Positions 9,980 through 19,796 of a stretch of 64,000 nt of DNA are shown piece after piece. The stretch is from Fidelibacterota bacterium (GTDB taxonomy: Bacteria > Fidelibacterota > UBA2242). The first letter of the stretch is position 1. Each line of letters opens with the position of its first letter. Position numbers and translations under genes: made by a program. The notes beneath the pieces are model-generated. The model saw only the letters and a program-made list of their open reading frames with translations, did no database searches and was not told the DNA's origin. Where the stretch lies: assembly GCA_049975265.1 (NCBI GenBank), contig JBNGDF010000011.1:12705-76704 (forward strand), read 5' to 3'.

Positions 9980-10564
9980 ATGATCAATGTAGAACTCGAT
10001 AAAATAATTTTTTATCCGCCCAGCAAGGGGTATGCAGTTATTTTGAAAGAGGTTGGCGGTGTTCGTCAGCTGCCGATAATTGTCGGCGTGTTTGAAGCCC
10101 AGTCGATCGCCCTGGCAATCGAACAGGTGAAAATGCTGCGTCCCATGACCCACGATCTGTTTATCCGGGTGCTGTCCCGCATGGGTATTGCCATCAAGGA
10201 GGTGGTTATCAACGATTTGATCGAGGGTACCTTTTACGCTCAGATTGCACTTAAAGCGAAGAGTGCGAAATCCATTACGAAAATTGACAGCCGACCCAGC
10301 GATGCCATTGCCCTGGCGCTGAGAGTGGATGCCGATATTTTGGTGAGCGATGCTGTGATGGATTCAGCCGGTCAGGTACTGAATGTAACCGATACCACGG
10401 AAAAAGAGGCGCCGACGCAGAATTCCTTTGAGGACCAGTTACTGGACCGTCTGGTGGAGTTGAAGACCAAACTGCAGATCGCTATCGATGAGGAAAATTA
10501 CGAGCTGGCGGCGCAGCTGCGGGATCAGATATCGACATTGGAAAAAGAATTAAAGAATAACTGA
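9980..10564 (+). CDS. Bifunctional nuclease family protein (DUF151/BFN) with C-terminal UVR motif
   Basis: RPSDAIALALR core motif of BFN domain proteins. The C-terminal EENYELAAQLRDQI resembles a UvrB/UvrC interaction motif. Confidence 0.75.
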   Translation: MINVELDKIIFYPPSKGYAVILKEVGGVRQLPIIVGVFEAQSIALAIEQVKMLRPMTHDLFIRVLSRMGIAIKEVVINDLIEGTFYAQIALKAKSAKSITKIDSRPSDAIALALRVDADILVSDAVMDSAGQVLNVTDTTEKEAPTQNSFEDQLLDRLVELKTKLQIAIDEENYELAAQLRDQISTLEKELKNN

Positions 10565-11281
10565 TCAGGCTGGATTGACCAGCATTTTATAGGTTTTTTC
10601 GGCGGCTTGTTGCTCGGCTGTCCGTTTGGTGGTGCCGGTCCCTGATCCGTATAGTCTATTGTTGATATAGACGGCGACGGTATATTGACGGGCGTGATCG
10701 GGTCCCTGAACCTTGACCATTCTGAAATCCGGCAGAGTGAGACCCTTTTTCTGACAGAGTTCGAGCAGCTGTCCTTTGTAATTGTATTCCGAGGGAATCG
10801 CCTCCGGCTCCTTGCTGGAAATAATGAACCTGTGGATGAACCGGGCGACTTTTTCCAGACCTGCATCGAGGTAAATCGCACCGATGATCGCCTCCAGGGC
10901 ACAGGAGAACAGATTACGTTGTGTCGGAGAGTAGTTCAAATTAATACTTTTATCCACCCGCAGCACCTCCTGCAACTGCAGGCTTACGGCGATTTCGTGC
11001 AGTGTTTTTGCATTGACCAGCATTGAGCGCATCTGAGTCAGTTCGCCCTCGGAAAGTGTGGGATATTTTTTAATAAGGTACTCAGAAACGACCGTATCGA
11101 GTACCGCATCGCCCAGAAATTCGAGTCGCTCGTAGGATTCAATCTGAGAAACGGCGGCTGAGCGGTGGGTCAGGGCACGTTTTAAAAGGCTTGGGTCTTT
11201 AAAAACGTGTCCGATTTTTATTTCGATATGAGAAGGTTTTTTATTTAAAAACAGAGATTTGGTCTTGCGCAGAATGTTCAT
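10565..11281 (-). CDS. rnc: Ribonuclease III
   Basis: RNase III signature ERLEFLGDAVL and a C-terminal dsRBD (GSGTGTTKRTAEQQAAEK). The ATGA overlaps the fabF stop. Confidence 0.92.
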   Translation of the reverse strand: MNILRKTKSLFLNKKPSHIEIKIGHVFKDPSLLKRALTHRSAAVSQIESYERLEFLGDAVLDTVVSEYLIKKYPTLSEGELTQMRSMLVNAKTLHEIAVSLQLQEVLRVDKSINLNYSPTQRNLFSCALEAIIGAIYLDAGLEKVARFIHRFIISSKEPEAIPSEYNYKGQLLELCQKKGLTLPDFRMVKVQGPDHARQYTVAVYINNRLYGSGTGTTKRTAEQQAAEKTYKMLVNPA

Positions 11282-12519
11282 GACTCAAATTTTTTGGCAG
11301 CCAGAACGGCGTTGTGTCCACCAAAACCGAAATTGCTGCTGATGCCGTTGGTAATGGCTTTTTCAACGGCGGTGCGAGGTGTGTAATTCAGATCGCATTC
11401 CGGGTCGGGATGTTCCAGGTTGATCGTTGGCGGAATGATTTGATCGCGTAGTGACAGACAGAGGGCGATGAACTCAACGGCGCCGGTGGCACCCAGGAGG
11501 TGACCGGTCATGGATTTTGTGGAGCTGATGCTAAGGTTGTAGGCATGCTTACCGAAAACCGACTTAATGGCAACGGTCTCATATTTGTCGTTTAAAGGGG
11601 TGGCGGTACCGTGGGCATTGATATAATCACAATCTTCGGGATTCAACTGGGCCATATTGAGGGCGGTTTGAATTGCCAGCGCCTGCCCTTTTCCTTCGGG
11701 ATGTGGGGCGGTAATATGGTAGGCATCTTCAGAGAAGCCGTAGCCGGTGATTTCGGCATAGATCGGTGCCGCACGACGCATGGCGTGTTCCAGCTCCTCC
11801 AGAACGATAATTCCCGCACCCTCACCGATCACGAAGCCATCCCGCTCGATGTCAAAGGGACGGCTGGCTGCCGGAGGATTGTCGTTCCGGCGCGAGAGCG
11901 CTTTCATATTTGTAAAACCCGCCAGAGAGATTGGTGAAATACTGGCTTCGGAGCCACCGGTTATGATGATATCGGCATCTCCGCAGAGAATGTGGCGCAT
12001 GGCAATGCCGATGGTGTGTGACGATGTGGCGCAGGCGGAGGTTACCGAATAATTTGGTCCCATAAAGCCGTGGTTAATGGCAATATGTCCCGGAATGATA
12101 TCAGGGATCATCATGGGAATGAAAAGCGGGCTGACGAAACGGTGACTTTTCGTGATCAGAATGGAGTGTTGCTGCTCGAGAGTTTGGATTCCGCCGATAC
12201 CGGACCCGACGATGACGCCGACCCGTTCGGGGTTAACGGAGCGCTCTTTCAGTCCCGATTCCGAAATTGCCTGTTCAGCGGCAGCAATACCGAAGTGAGT
12301 AACCCGGTCCATGCGTCTGGCTTCTTTCGTATCGATCCAGTCGGTGGGATTGAAATTTTTCACCTCGGCGGCAATTTTTACCGGGAGTTCGTCGACATTG
12401 AAGTGGTGGATGATATCGACGCCGCTGACGCCGTTGATACAATTGGACCAAAAGGTGGGAACATCATTTCCGATGGGGGAAATGACGCCCGCACCCGTCA
12501 CAACGACTCTTTTACGCAT
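11278..12519 (-). CDS. fabF: Beta-ketoacyl-ACP synthase II
   Basis: 413 aa KAS II with active-site region SVTSACATSSH, later HGTATP and GHLLGATG motifs. Confidence 0.93.
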   Translation of the reverse strand: MRKRVVVTGAGVISPIGNDVPTFWSNCINGVSGVDIIHHFNVDELPVKIAAEVKNFNPTDWIDTKEARRMDRVTHFGIAAAEQAISESGLKERSVNPERVGVIVGSGIGGIQTLEQQHSILITKSHRFVSPLFIPMMIPDIIPGHIAINHGFMGPNYSVTSACATSSHTIGIAMRHILCGDADIIITGGSEASISPISLAGFTNMKALSRRNDNPPAASRPFDIERDGFVIGEGAGIIVLEELEHAMRRAAPIYAEITGYGFSEDAYHITAPHPEGKGQALAIQTALNMAQLNPEDCDYINAHGTATPLNDKYETVAIKSVFGKHAYNLSISSTKSMTGHLLGATGAVEFIALCLSLRDQIIPPTINLEHPDPECDLNYTPRTAVEKAITNGISSNFGFGGHNAVLAAKKFES

Positions 12520-12533
12520 ACATTGGTTTGTTT

Positions 12534-12761
12534 TTATAGATTGTCCAGATAATTGACGACGTCGCCGACAGTTTTCAGTTTTTCCGCCTCTTCGTCGGGT
12601 ATTTCGATATCGAACTCTTCTTCCATCTTCATTATCAGTTCGACGGTATCCAGACTGTCGGCACCCAGATCATCAATAAAGGATGCTTCTTTGGTAATTT
12701 TTGATTTTTCAACGCCGAGTTTTTCGGCGACGATTTCCTGAACTTTTTCGAAACTGCTCAT
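12534..12761 (-). CDS. acpP: Acyl carrier protein
   Basis: 75 aa with the [12 protein letters not shown] phosphopantetheine attachment motif. Confidence 0.95.
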   Translation of the reverse strand: MSSFEKVQEIVAEKLGVEKSKITKEASFIDDLGADSLDTVELIMKMEEEFDIEIPDEEAEKLKTVGDVVNYLDNL

Positions 12762-12780
12762 AGAATCCTCCTAATTAAGT

Positions 12781-13527
12781 TTACATAACCATGCCACCGT
12801 CGACCTTGATTACCTGTCCGGTAATATAGTCCGCCAGCGGTGATGCTAGAAAGAGAGCCGCATTGGCTACATCTTGACTGTTTCCTGCTCGTTTCAGCGG
12901 TATCGCTGATAGCATTGTTTCTTTGGATTTTTCATCGAGAATCCGGGTCATTTCGGTCTCGATATAACCGGGAGCAATGGCGTTTACTGTGATGTTGCGG
13001 CTGGCTAGTTCCCGGGCTACGGATTTCGTAAAACCGATCACACCGGCTTTGCTGGCGGCGTAATTACCCTGTCCGGCATTGCCGATCAGACCGATAACGG
13101 AGCTGATATTGATTATTTTTCCGAAACGCTGTTTTATTAATTGTTTAGTGACGGCTTTGGTGACCAGGAAAACCCCTTTCAGATTGGTATTGATGACGGC
13201 ATCCCACTGTTCTGTTTTCATTCGCATCAGCAAGGTATCCCGGGTGATGCCGGCATTATTGACGATAATGTCGATTCGGTTGTAGGTATTTACAATCTGT
13301 TCGATCAGTTCGTTGACCTGGTCTTCCCGGGTAACATCGCAGGGGAGAGCCAGTGAGGGATATTTTTTCCCCAGAAATTCCTGCTTGGCGTCGGTCAGGG
13401 CTTCGGCATTGTAATCCGAAAGTACAATGGTGGCGCCCTGTCTGGCGAAAGTTTCGGCGATGGTGCGACCGATGCCGCGCCCGGAACCTGTGACCAGAAC
13501 GACTTTTTCGGTAAAATTTAGTTCCAT
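12781..13527 (-). CDS. fabG: 3-oxoacyl-ACP reductase
   Basis: SDR with TGSGRGIG cofactor motif, NNAG and YAASKAG catalytic motif. Located inside the fab cluster. Confidence 0.92.
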   Translation of the reverse strand: MELNFTEKVVLVTGSGRGIGRTIAETFARQGATIVLSDYNAEALTDAKQEFLGKKYPSLALPCDVTREDQVNELIEQIVNTYNRIDIIVNNAGITRDTLLMRMKTEQWDAVINTNLKGVFLVTKAVTKQLIKQRFGKIINISSVIGLIGNAGQGNYAASKAGVIGFTKSVARELASRNITVNAIAPGYIETEMTRILDEKSKETMLSAIPLKRAGNSQDVANAALFLASPLADYITGQVIKVDGGMVM

Positions 13528-14441
13528 TCGGGTTTCTCCAAATCTTCGGCTCGGGAGACGCCACGGACGATTACGTTGCCATTGATTCGCTTGATCAGCC
13601 CCTGCAGAACATTTCCGGGACCGACTTCGACAAATGTCTCAACACCGTCTTTGATCATATTTTCCACAGATTGGACCCACAGCATCGGTGATGTCAATTG
13701 CTGGTACAGCCGATTGCGGATTTCCTTGATATCGGTTGTGGCAGTGCCGGTTACGTTTGAATAGATTGGGCAGCGGGGTTGCTGAAACGTGGTGCTGTCG
13801 AGAGCCTTTTTCAATGTTTCACCGGCACTTTTCATCAGACTGGAGTGGAAAGCCCCACCGACGGAGAGCTCGATGACCCGTTTAGCCCCGGCTTCTTTCA
13901 GCGTCAGCATGGTAGATTGAACACTTTGAACATCACCGCTGATGACGATCTGAGTTGGTGAATTGTAGTTGGCAATGCTGCAAATGCCGCCGATTACGGA
14001 TTTCTCAATCACCTTCTGGACCGTTTTGTAGTCCAGACCGACGATGGCTGCCATGGTACCGGAATTGTTTTCAGTGGCGCGTTGCATCTCTTCGGCGCGA
14101 ATCTTAACGAGTCCCAGTCCCTGCCGGAAGTCCAGCACTCCGGCGGCGACCAGCGCAGAGTATTCACCCAGGCTATGTCCGGCGACCACCTCCGGTAGTT
14201 TGCCCCGGTTTTTTAACTCTTCAAAGAGAATCATCGAATGAACGTAAATCGCCGGCTGGGTGACCCGGGTCTGGGTTAATTTTACCAGCGGACCGTAAAA
14301 CGAGAGGTCCTTGATTGAGAAATCGAACAGCTCATCGGCGAGATCGTAATATTTTTGGGCAATTGGTTTGGAATTGTACAGATCCAGACCCATGCCGACA
14401 AACTGTGAGGCTTGTCCTGGAAATACAAAGGCTGTTTTCAT
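13518..14441 (-). CDS. fabD: Malonyl CoA-ACP transacylase
   Basis: AFVFPGQASQ and GHSLGEYSAL motifs. The internal ATG (MKTAFVFPGQ) is chosen because it overlaps the fabH stop as TAATG. The ORF-track start at 14456 is possible. Confidence 0.9.
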   Translation of the reverse strand: MKTAFVFPGQASQFVGMGLDLYNSKPIAQKYYDLADELFDFSIKDLSFYGPLVKLTQTRVTQPAIYVHSMILFEELKNRGKLPEVVAGHSLGEYSALVAAGVLDFRQGLGLVKIRAEEMQRATENNSGTMAAIVGLDYKTVQKVIEKSVIGGICSIANYNSPTQIVISGDVQSVQSTMLTLKEAGAKRVIELSVGGAFHSSLMKSAGETLKKALDSTTFQQPRCPIYSNVTGTATTDIKEIRNRLYQQLTSPMLWVQSVENMIKDGVETFVEVGPGNVLQGLIKRINGNVIVRGVSRAEDLEKPEWN

Positions 14442-15439
14442 TATTCCATACTCCATCGCATGAGCATACTGCCCCAGGTGAAGCCGCCCCCGAAAGCGGA
14501 TATGAGCAGCAGATCGCCCGGCTTCAGCCGACCCTGATCGTATCCGTCAACGATCCCCAGTGGAATGGTAGCGGCTGTCGTGTTGGCATATTTATCGATA
14601 TTGATCAATACCTGCTCCTCTTTTAGTTTCAGCCGGTTGACGCAAGCATCGATAATACGTTTATTCGCCTGGTGTGGAATGAAGAGTCCGACATCGGCAT
14701 TGTTAAATGAATTGCGTTCAAGCAGTTCAATCGATACATCCGCCATTTTACTGACAGCCAGTTTGAAGACGCTTTTTCCTTCTTGGTAGATATAATGCAT
14801 CTTTTTGTCAATGGTCTCGTGGCTGGCTGGATTCCGACTGCCGCCGGCTGCCATGTAGAGTAAATCTTTGCCGCCGCCGTCCATTCTGGCGATATAGTCA
14901 ATAATGCCGAAGTCCTCTCTGTCGGTGGGTTCGACCAGCACAGCACTGGCGGCGTCACCGAAGAGGACGCAGGTGTCCCGGTTGGTATAGTCTGTAATGG
15001 TGCTCATCGTGTCAGTTCCGACTACAAGCACTTTTTGACAGGTACCGTTTTCCACAAACTGGGTAGCAACGATCATGGCATATACAAACCCCGAACAGGC
15101 GGCGGAGATATCGAAGCCCCAGGCGCCTTTCGCGCCGATATTTTCCTGAATCAGCGCGGCGGTGGAAGGAAAGAACATATCCGGGGTAATGGTGGCGACA
15201 ATAATGGCGTCGATATCGGCAGGGTTCACGTCAAACCGTTTTTGCATATCCCAAAAAGCGGCGGTTGCCATGTCGGAGCTGGCTTCGCCTTTGGCGGCGA
15301 TGTGCCGTTCGGAAATCCCGGTTCTGGTGCGAATCCATTCGTCGGAGGTATCGACCATTTTTTCAAGGTCGTGATTGGTCAGGATTTTTTCCGGTACATA
15401 TTTGCCGATGGCGGTTATAGTGGCTTTGCGTTTCATCAT
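14441..15439 (-). CDS. fabH: Beta-ketoacyl-ACP synthase III
   Basis: 332 aa with DISAACSGFVYA active-site Cys motif and the IPHQAN and GGGFTWGS motifs. Confidence 0.93.
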   Translation of the reverse strand: MMKRKATITAIGKYVPEKILTNHDLEKMVDTSDEWIRTRTGISERHIAAKGEASSDMATAAFWDMQKRFDVNPADIDAIIVATITPDMFFPSTAALIQENIGAKGAWGFDISAACSGFVYAMIVATQFVENGTCQKVLVVGTDTMSTITDYTNRDTCVLFGDAASAVLVEPTDREDFGIIDYIARMDGGGKDLLYMAAGGSRNPASHETIDKKMHYIYQEGKSVFKLAVSKMADVSIELLERNSFNNADVGLFIPHQANKRIIDACVNRLKLKEEQVLINIDKYANTTAATIPLGIVDGYDQGRLKPGDLLLISAFGGGFTWGSMLMRWSME

Positions 15440-15560
15440 TATTCTTCCTGAATTCCAAAATATATCATATTGTGGGAAATAGTGGTAGAAAAATCTCGCC
15501 TATATCAAATTTTACGATTTGGGATGGATAAATTTGACCACAGAGAGATGATTGGGCGGC

Positions 15561-15743
15561 TTACTTTTCTTTTGCTGAAATGACCGGTCGTCCCCGGTAA
15601 TAACCACAATTCGGACAGACGCGGTGGGGCATTTTCGGTTCATTGCACTGGGGACAAATGACAATCGTAGCCGCGCGTAGTTTTTGATGGGTTCGGCGTT
15701 TATCTCTTCTTGATTTTGATAATTTACGTTTGGGTAGAGCCAA
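15561..15743 (-). CDS. rpmF: 50S ribosomal protein L32
   Basis: 60 aa with [17 protein letters not shown] at the N-terminus and a CxxC...CxxC zinc-ribbon. Confidence 0.95.
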   Translation of the reverse strand: MALPKRKLSKSRRDKRRTHQKLRAATIVICPQCNEPKMPHRVCPNCGYYRGRPVISAKEK

Positions 15744-15747
15744 GGGT

Positions 15748-16269
15748 TCACTCCTCTGATGTGTTGGTTAATAAATTTTCCAGCGGTTTCCATCTTTCGT
15801 CGAGGGGTGCTGTCTTGCAGCGGCATTTCTCGATGTTCAGATTGGCACCGCAGCCGGGACAGATCCCGGCACAGGCTTCGGAACAGATATTTTTCATTGG
15901 TATCTCAATAAGCAGAGCATCATGGGCAAAGGAGGTCAGATCGACCTCGTTGGTTTTGGAGGTAACCGGGATGATATTTTCATCCGACACGGCGCTGGTC
16001 GGTTCCATGATATTCAGAACAGCCAGGAACCCGGCTTCCAGATCACGGTTGAAGGATTCCAGGCAGCGGTCACATTCCAGTGTAATGCTGGTGGAGAGGT
16101 GACCTTTGACGGTGATCTGGTGCGATTCTTTGTCGATACGCAGGACGGTCTCAATAGGATTGGTAAAATATTTGTCCGAAATTCCCACCTCGCCTTTCAT
16201 CACCGTCATTGTAATTGTTTGAGTACCTTCTTTTAAAGAATTGATTCGTAACTTCATAGCAAGTGGCAA
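15748..16269 (-). CDS. yceD: DUF177 / YceD-family protein (large-subunit rRNA accumulation protein)
   Basis: 173 aa with C-terminal CxxxCxGxCxxCG motif ([13 protein letters not shown]). Sits in the conserved position immediately upstream of rpmF. Confidence 0.8.
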   Translation of the reverse strand: MPLAMKLRINSLKEGTQTITMTVMKGEVGISDKYFTNPIETVLRIDKESHQITVKGHLSTSITLECDRCLESFNRDLEAGFLAVLNIMEPTSAVSDENIIPVTSKTNEVDLTSFAHDALLIEIPMKNICSEACAGICPGCGANLNIEKCRCKTAPLDERWKPLENLLTNTSEE

Positions 16270-16363
16270 ATTTATTAGTTGAGAGTGCCAGAATCAAGTT
16301 ATTTCATACTATGCAAATGGCGTCCAGCCCTGGACGCCATTCAATTAATATGAAACAACCATT

Positions 16364-17587
16364 TTATTTATCGTCTGTTTTTTCGTCAGTGCTTTCAGCA
16401 GACGATTCCGTATCGGTATCGTCTGTGGCTTTTTCATCCTCCGCGGGTTCCGGGCTATCGAGTTTTTCATCCTCTTCCTTTTCCTCTTCTCCGAGTTCAT
16501 CCTCGTCTTTACGGGCAACGAGGTCCTCGTCGTCCTTTTTCTTACGCAGGATGACATAGATCAGAGACTGCCCGACACTGAAATTTGTCAACAGATAGGC
16601 AACGGCACTGCCGCCAATGACAAACAGTGCAATGGCAATAAAGACAGTTGTGATGATATCGGTAGTGGTCAAATAGAGTGGACGAACCATGCCGAGCGAA
16701 GCGGGGGTATAGAGATTGAACACCTTCCTCAGGAAAGGGGTCAGCGGTGAGTTCACGCCGAAAATATAGGAGGAAGCCTGCTCCATAATGCGGCTGAGTT
16801 TGCCGCCCATCAGCCAGGATTGACCAAAAACAAAATTAAAAAACTGGTAGCCGATGATTATGGCATAGGAGTAGATATAAACGGCAACGGAGGTCAGACC
16901 CACTACAACCCCTTCATAAATCACCAGTCGCCAGGGTTGAGCCCATAGCGTCGAATAGCTCTGAAAAACGGTCTCCATAGTATCCTCTTCGGCAGTGCCG
17001 ACAATCCCGGCACCCAGAATCAGAGATACCACAAATACGACGGCTGTATAAACGACAAAAACCGCCACGACAAAGTAGAGTAGATAGGGAATGCCGAGGA
17101 ACAGAATATCCAGGACCGGCCATTTGGCGATCCAGGCGGCAATAATTGCCATAATGATAAAAAACAGCATAATCAGCAGGATAGAAACGGGTCCCATGAT
17201 CACCGCGGTGCCATGCTTTTTAATGTATTTCAGACTGTCGCCAGAGGAATAGAACTCGTCGCCCTTTAGCTGTTTATAGGTAATCCGGGATACCGCCAGC
17301 GATGCCAGCAGGAAAATGATCACCCAGAGCAGGATTCCCAGACCGTAAATCAGCCAGGCGTACCAGGCAATCGGGAGACCGACGGAAAAGAGACATGGGA
17401 AGAGAAAATGGGTATTCCAGATCTCCACAATACTCTGACCATTGACAATCAGGGCTACATAAGAAAGGATTAAATAGACTGCCCAGCCCAGCCCGAGACC
17501 GAGCAGATGAACCCAGATTTTCTTTCCGCTGAGTGCCAAGCGGGGAGTTCTAAAAATGTCGCGAACGTCAAAATACAAAGGCTTCAT
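16364..17587 (-). CDS. Polytopic membrane protein of unknown function with highly acidic C-terminal tail
   Basis: Multiple long hydrophobic segments. The last ~60 aa are almost entirely D/E/K/S/T (…EDELGEEEKEEDEKLDSPEPAEDEKATDDTDTESSAESTDEKTDDK). I recognise no family. Confidence 0.6.
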   Translation of the reverse strand: MKPLYFDVRDIFRTPRLALSGKKIWVHLLGLGLGWAVYLILSYVALIVNGQSIVEIWNTHFLFPCLFSVGLPIAWYAWLIYGLGILLWVIIFLLASLAVSRITYKQLKGDEFYSSGDSLKYIKKHGTAVIMGPVSILLIMLFFIIMAIIAAWIAKWPVLDILFLGIPYLLYFVVAVFVVYTAVVFVVSLILGAGIVGTAEEDTMETVFQSYSTLWAQPWRLVIYEGVVVGLTSVAVYIYSYAIIIGYQFFNFVFGQSWLMGGKLSRIMEQASSYIFGVNSPLTPFLRKVFNLYTPASLGMVRPLYLTTTDIITTVFIAIALFVIGGSAVAYLLTNFSVGQSLIYVILRKKKDDEDLVARKDEDELGEEEKEEDEKLDSPEPAEDEKATDDTDTESSAESTDEKTDDK

Positions 17588-17604
17588 TATTTCCTCCAGA
17601 ATTT

Positions 17605-18381
17605 TTAATCTTGTCTAACCAGGTCTATCCAAAGCTGCTCGCGTGGCAGTTTTGTCTTCAATTCATTCAACGCCGCTTTGGCGTCGCTCAGATCGTCAAA
17701 ATTACCCGTTCGTACCCGGTACCAGGTTTCGCCGGTTTCCGGGAATGTGGCTTTCTGGATATACAGGTCGAGATTGAGATGGTCTAGCAGCCGGACGGCG
17801 CGTTCGGCACCGGCGTAGGTCTTCCAGGAAGAAATCTGGATTGTGTATTTTCCGGGAATAGCGGGAAGATTTTGTCCTGCCGGTTTTTGGGGGCGCGGCT
17901 TTTTGCTGCCGGGAGCGGTCGGCGTCGTACGCTCATAAGCCGGCTCTGGCGGTGTCTCTTTGTCTTCATAGACCGGTTCGGGTGCCTGCATGGCTTCTTC
18001 GCTAAGCGCATAGCCCTTTTCCTGCGGCGCTGGTGCGGCACTAGTATCTTCAATAACCTGGCACAGAAGTTCCTTTTCGCTTTTTACTTTTCCGTCAGGT
18101 CCAACGATGGTGTAAGCTACCAGATAGTCTCCGGGAACATCGGGTACGAAAGATATATGAAAGCTGCGGCTGTTGGGTTGGAACGAGAGAATATCCATAT
18201 TGCTTTCCGCCGGTTTTTCCACAAAACTCCAGCCGTAAGTGCAGGCGAGGGTATCTTCCTTCGATTCGATCAGTGGCGCTAGATGAATCCGTTTTCCAAC
18301 GACACCGGGAATCGGTTCCGGTTTATCACAGGAAAACACGATCAACAGCAACCCAACGAGTAAGGAAATTGATTTTTTCAT
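17605..18381 (-). CDS. SPOR-domain lipoprotein
   Basis: Lipobox LIVFSC at the N-terminus and a Pro-rich linker. The C-terminal SPOR-like segment reads YTIQISSWKTYAGAERAVRLL…WYRVRTGNFDDLSDA. Confidence 0.75.
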   Translation of the reverse strand: MKKSISLLVGLLLIVFSCDKPEPIPGVVGKRIHLAPLIESKEDTLACTYGWSFVEKPAESNMDILSFQPNSRSFHISFVPDVPGDYLVAYTIVGPDGKVKSEKELLCQVIEDTSAAPAPQEKGYALSEEAMQAPEPVYEDKETPPEPAYERTTPTAPGSKKPRPQKPAGQNLPAIPGKYTIQISSWKTYAGAERAVRLLDHLNLDLYIQKATFPETGETWYRVRTGNFDDLSDAKAALNELKTKLPREQLWIDLVRQD

Positions 18382-18400
18382 TCTGTTTCTCCTTTTCGGA

Positions 18401-18826
18401 TCAATGACATGTTATAATTTCCTTTAAGGGAAAGAAAAATGCAATTTCTTTCTGAGCATTTTCTTCTGAGTCCGATCCGTGGATAGTATTACGTTTTGTA
18501 TTTTCGGCATATAACCGGCGGAAGGTGTTTTCCTTCGCTTTTTGCGGGTCTGTTGCGCCGATCGCTGCGCGGAAAGATAGGACGGCATTGTTCCTTTCCA
18601 GCACCATGGTAATGCAGGGTCCCGAAGTCATATACCGCACCAAGTCTTTGAAAAAGGGTTTGTCCTTATGAACGGCATAAAATTCCTCGGCTTCGCGGCG
18701 GGAGAGTCTCAGCATGCGCAGCGCCTTGATGGAAAAGCCCTTGTTTAGGATAAAGTCAATCGCCTTGCCCGTCAGTTTGCGTTCGAGGCAGTCAGGTTTC
18801 AGAATTGCCAGAGTCCGGTTCTGCAT
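18401..18826 (-). CDS. ndk: Nucleoside diphosphate kinase
   Basis: TLAILKPD N-terminal motif and NTIHGSDS active-site His motif. 141 aa. Confidence 0.92.
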   Translation of the reverse strand: MQNRTLAILKPDCLERKLTGKAIDFILNKGFSIKALRMLRLSRREAEEFYAVHKDKPFFKDLVRYMTSGPCITMVLERNNAVLSFRAAIGATDPQKAKENTFRRLYAENTKRNTIHGSDSEENAQKEIAFFFPLKEIITCH

Positions 18827-18840
18827 ACAAAATTCCCTCT

Positions 18841-19788
18841 CTAGGGTAAAATACGGGTAAATTTGTTATTATCAAGTCCTTTTTGAGCCGTTTCAAGGGA
18901 GGTGATAATGACCGATTCTCCGCCATTCTGTAAAAAGTGGATGGCGGCGTCGATTTTCGGGCCCATGCTGCCCGGCGGGAAATGACCTTCGCTGGAAAGT
19001 TGCTTCAGATCGCGGACGTGAATCTCGTCAAGAAACTCCTGATTGGGCTTACCATAGTGAATGGCAATCCGGTCTACATCGGTCAAGATAAACAGCTCCC
19101 GGGCACCGATGTCCTTTGCCAGTACGGCTGATGCCAGGTCCTTGTCAATGACGGCATCGAAGCCTTCATATAATCCGTTTTCCATCACGTAAACCGGAAT
19201 ACCGCCGCCACCGGCGGCAATGACAATGATTCCCAAATCGACTAAATGTTTAATCGCCTTTTTGTTGATAATCCGGCGGGGAAGCGGAGAGGGGACGACC
19301 CGTCGCCAGCCCTTGCCGGGTACTTCTCTGATTTGCCAACCGAATTTTTTCGCCAGCGGCAGGATCTCTTCCTTTGTATACCAGCTTCCGATGTATTTGC
19401 TGGGAGTTTGACTTGCCGGATCGTTGATGTCGACGATGATCTGGGTGATAATCGTAACCACATTGCGATGGATATCCGCTTTTATCAGGGCATTCTGGAG
19501 GGACTGTTCAATCATATATCCCATGCCACCTTCGGTATCGGCATCACAGATTCCCAGGGGCAGGTAAGGTGCTTTGTAATTGGTCAGTTCAACCCGCAGG
19601 AGTGCATTTCCAACCTGGGGACCGTTGCCGTGCGTAATCGCCAGATGATAACCCTGTTTGACGAAATTCATAATGGCGACGCAGCTCTTGCGGGTATTGC
19701 GGAACTGATTGGCGATGGTGTCCTCTTCACCCTTCGGCGAGATGGCATTTCCTCCCAGGGCAATAACGGCGGTTTTATGGGATGGCAT
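18841..19788 (-). CDS. arcC: Carbamate kinase
   Basis: VIALGGNA, ITHGNGPQVG and AAGGGGIPV motifs. 315 aa. Confidence 0.9.
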   Translation of the reverse strand: MPSHKTAVIALGGNAISPKGEEDTIANQFRNTRKSCVAIMNFVKQGYHLAITHGNGPQVGNALLRVELTNYKAPYLPLGICDADTEGGMGYMIEQSLQNALIKADIHRNVVTIITQIIVDINDPASQTPSKYIGSWYTKEEILPLAKKFGWQIREVPGKGWRRVVPSPLPRRIINKKAIKHLVDLGIIVIAAGGGGIPVYVMENGLYEGFDAVIDKDLASAVLAKDIGARELFILTDVDRIAIHYGKPNQEFLDEIHVRDLKQLSSEGHFPPGSMGPKIDAAIHFLQNGGESVIITSLETAQKGLDNNKFTRILP

Positions 19789-19796
19789 CTCAGTAC

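Noticed and set aside
16263-16559. Ser-rich 98-aa plus-strand ORF (…SSSAGSGLSSFSSSSFSSSPSSSSS…).
   Set aside because: It is the mirror image of the GAA/GAT-rich region encoding the polyacidic tail of the minus-strand membrane protein, so it is an artefact of low-complexity DNA.
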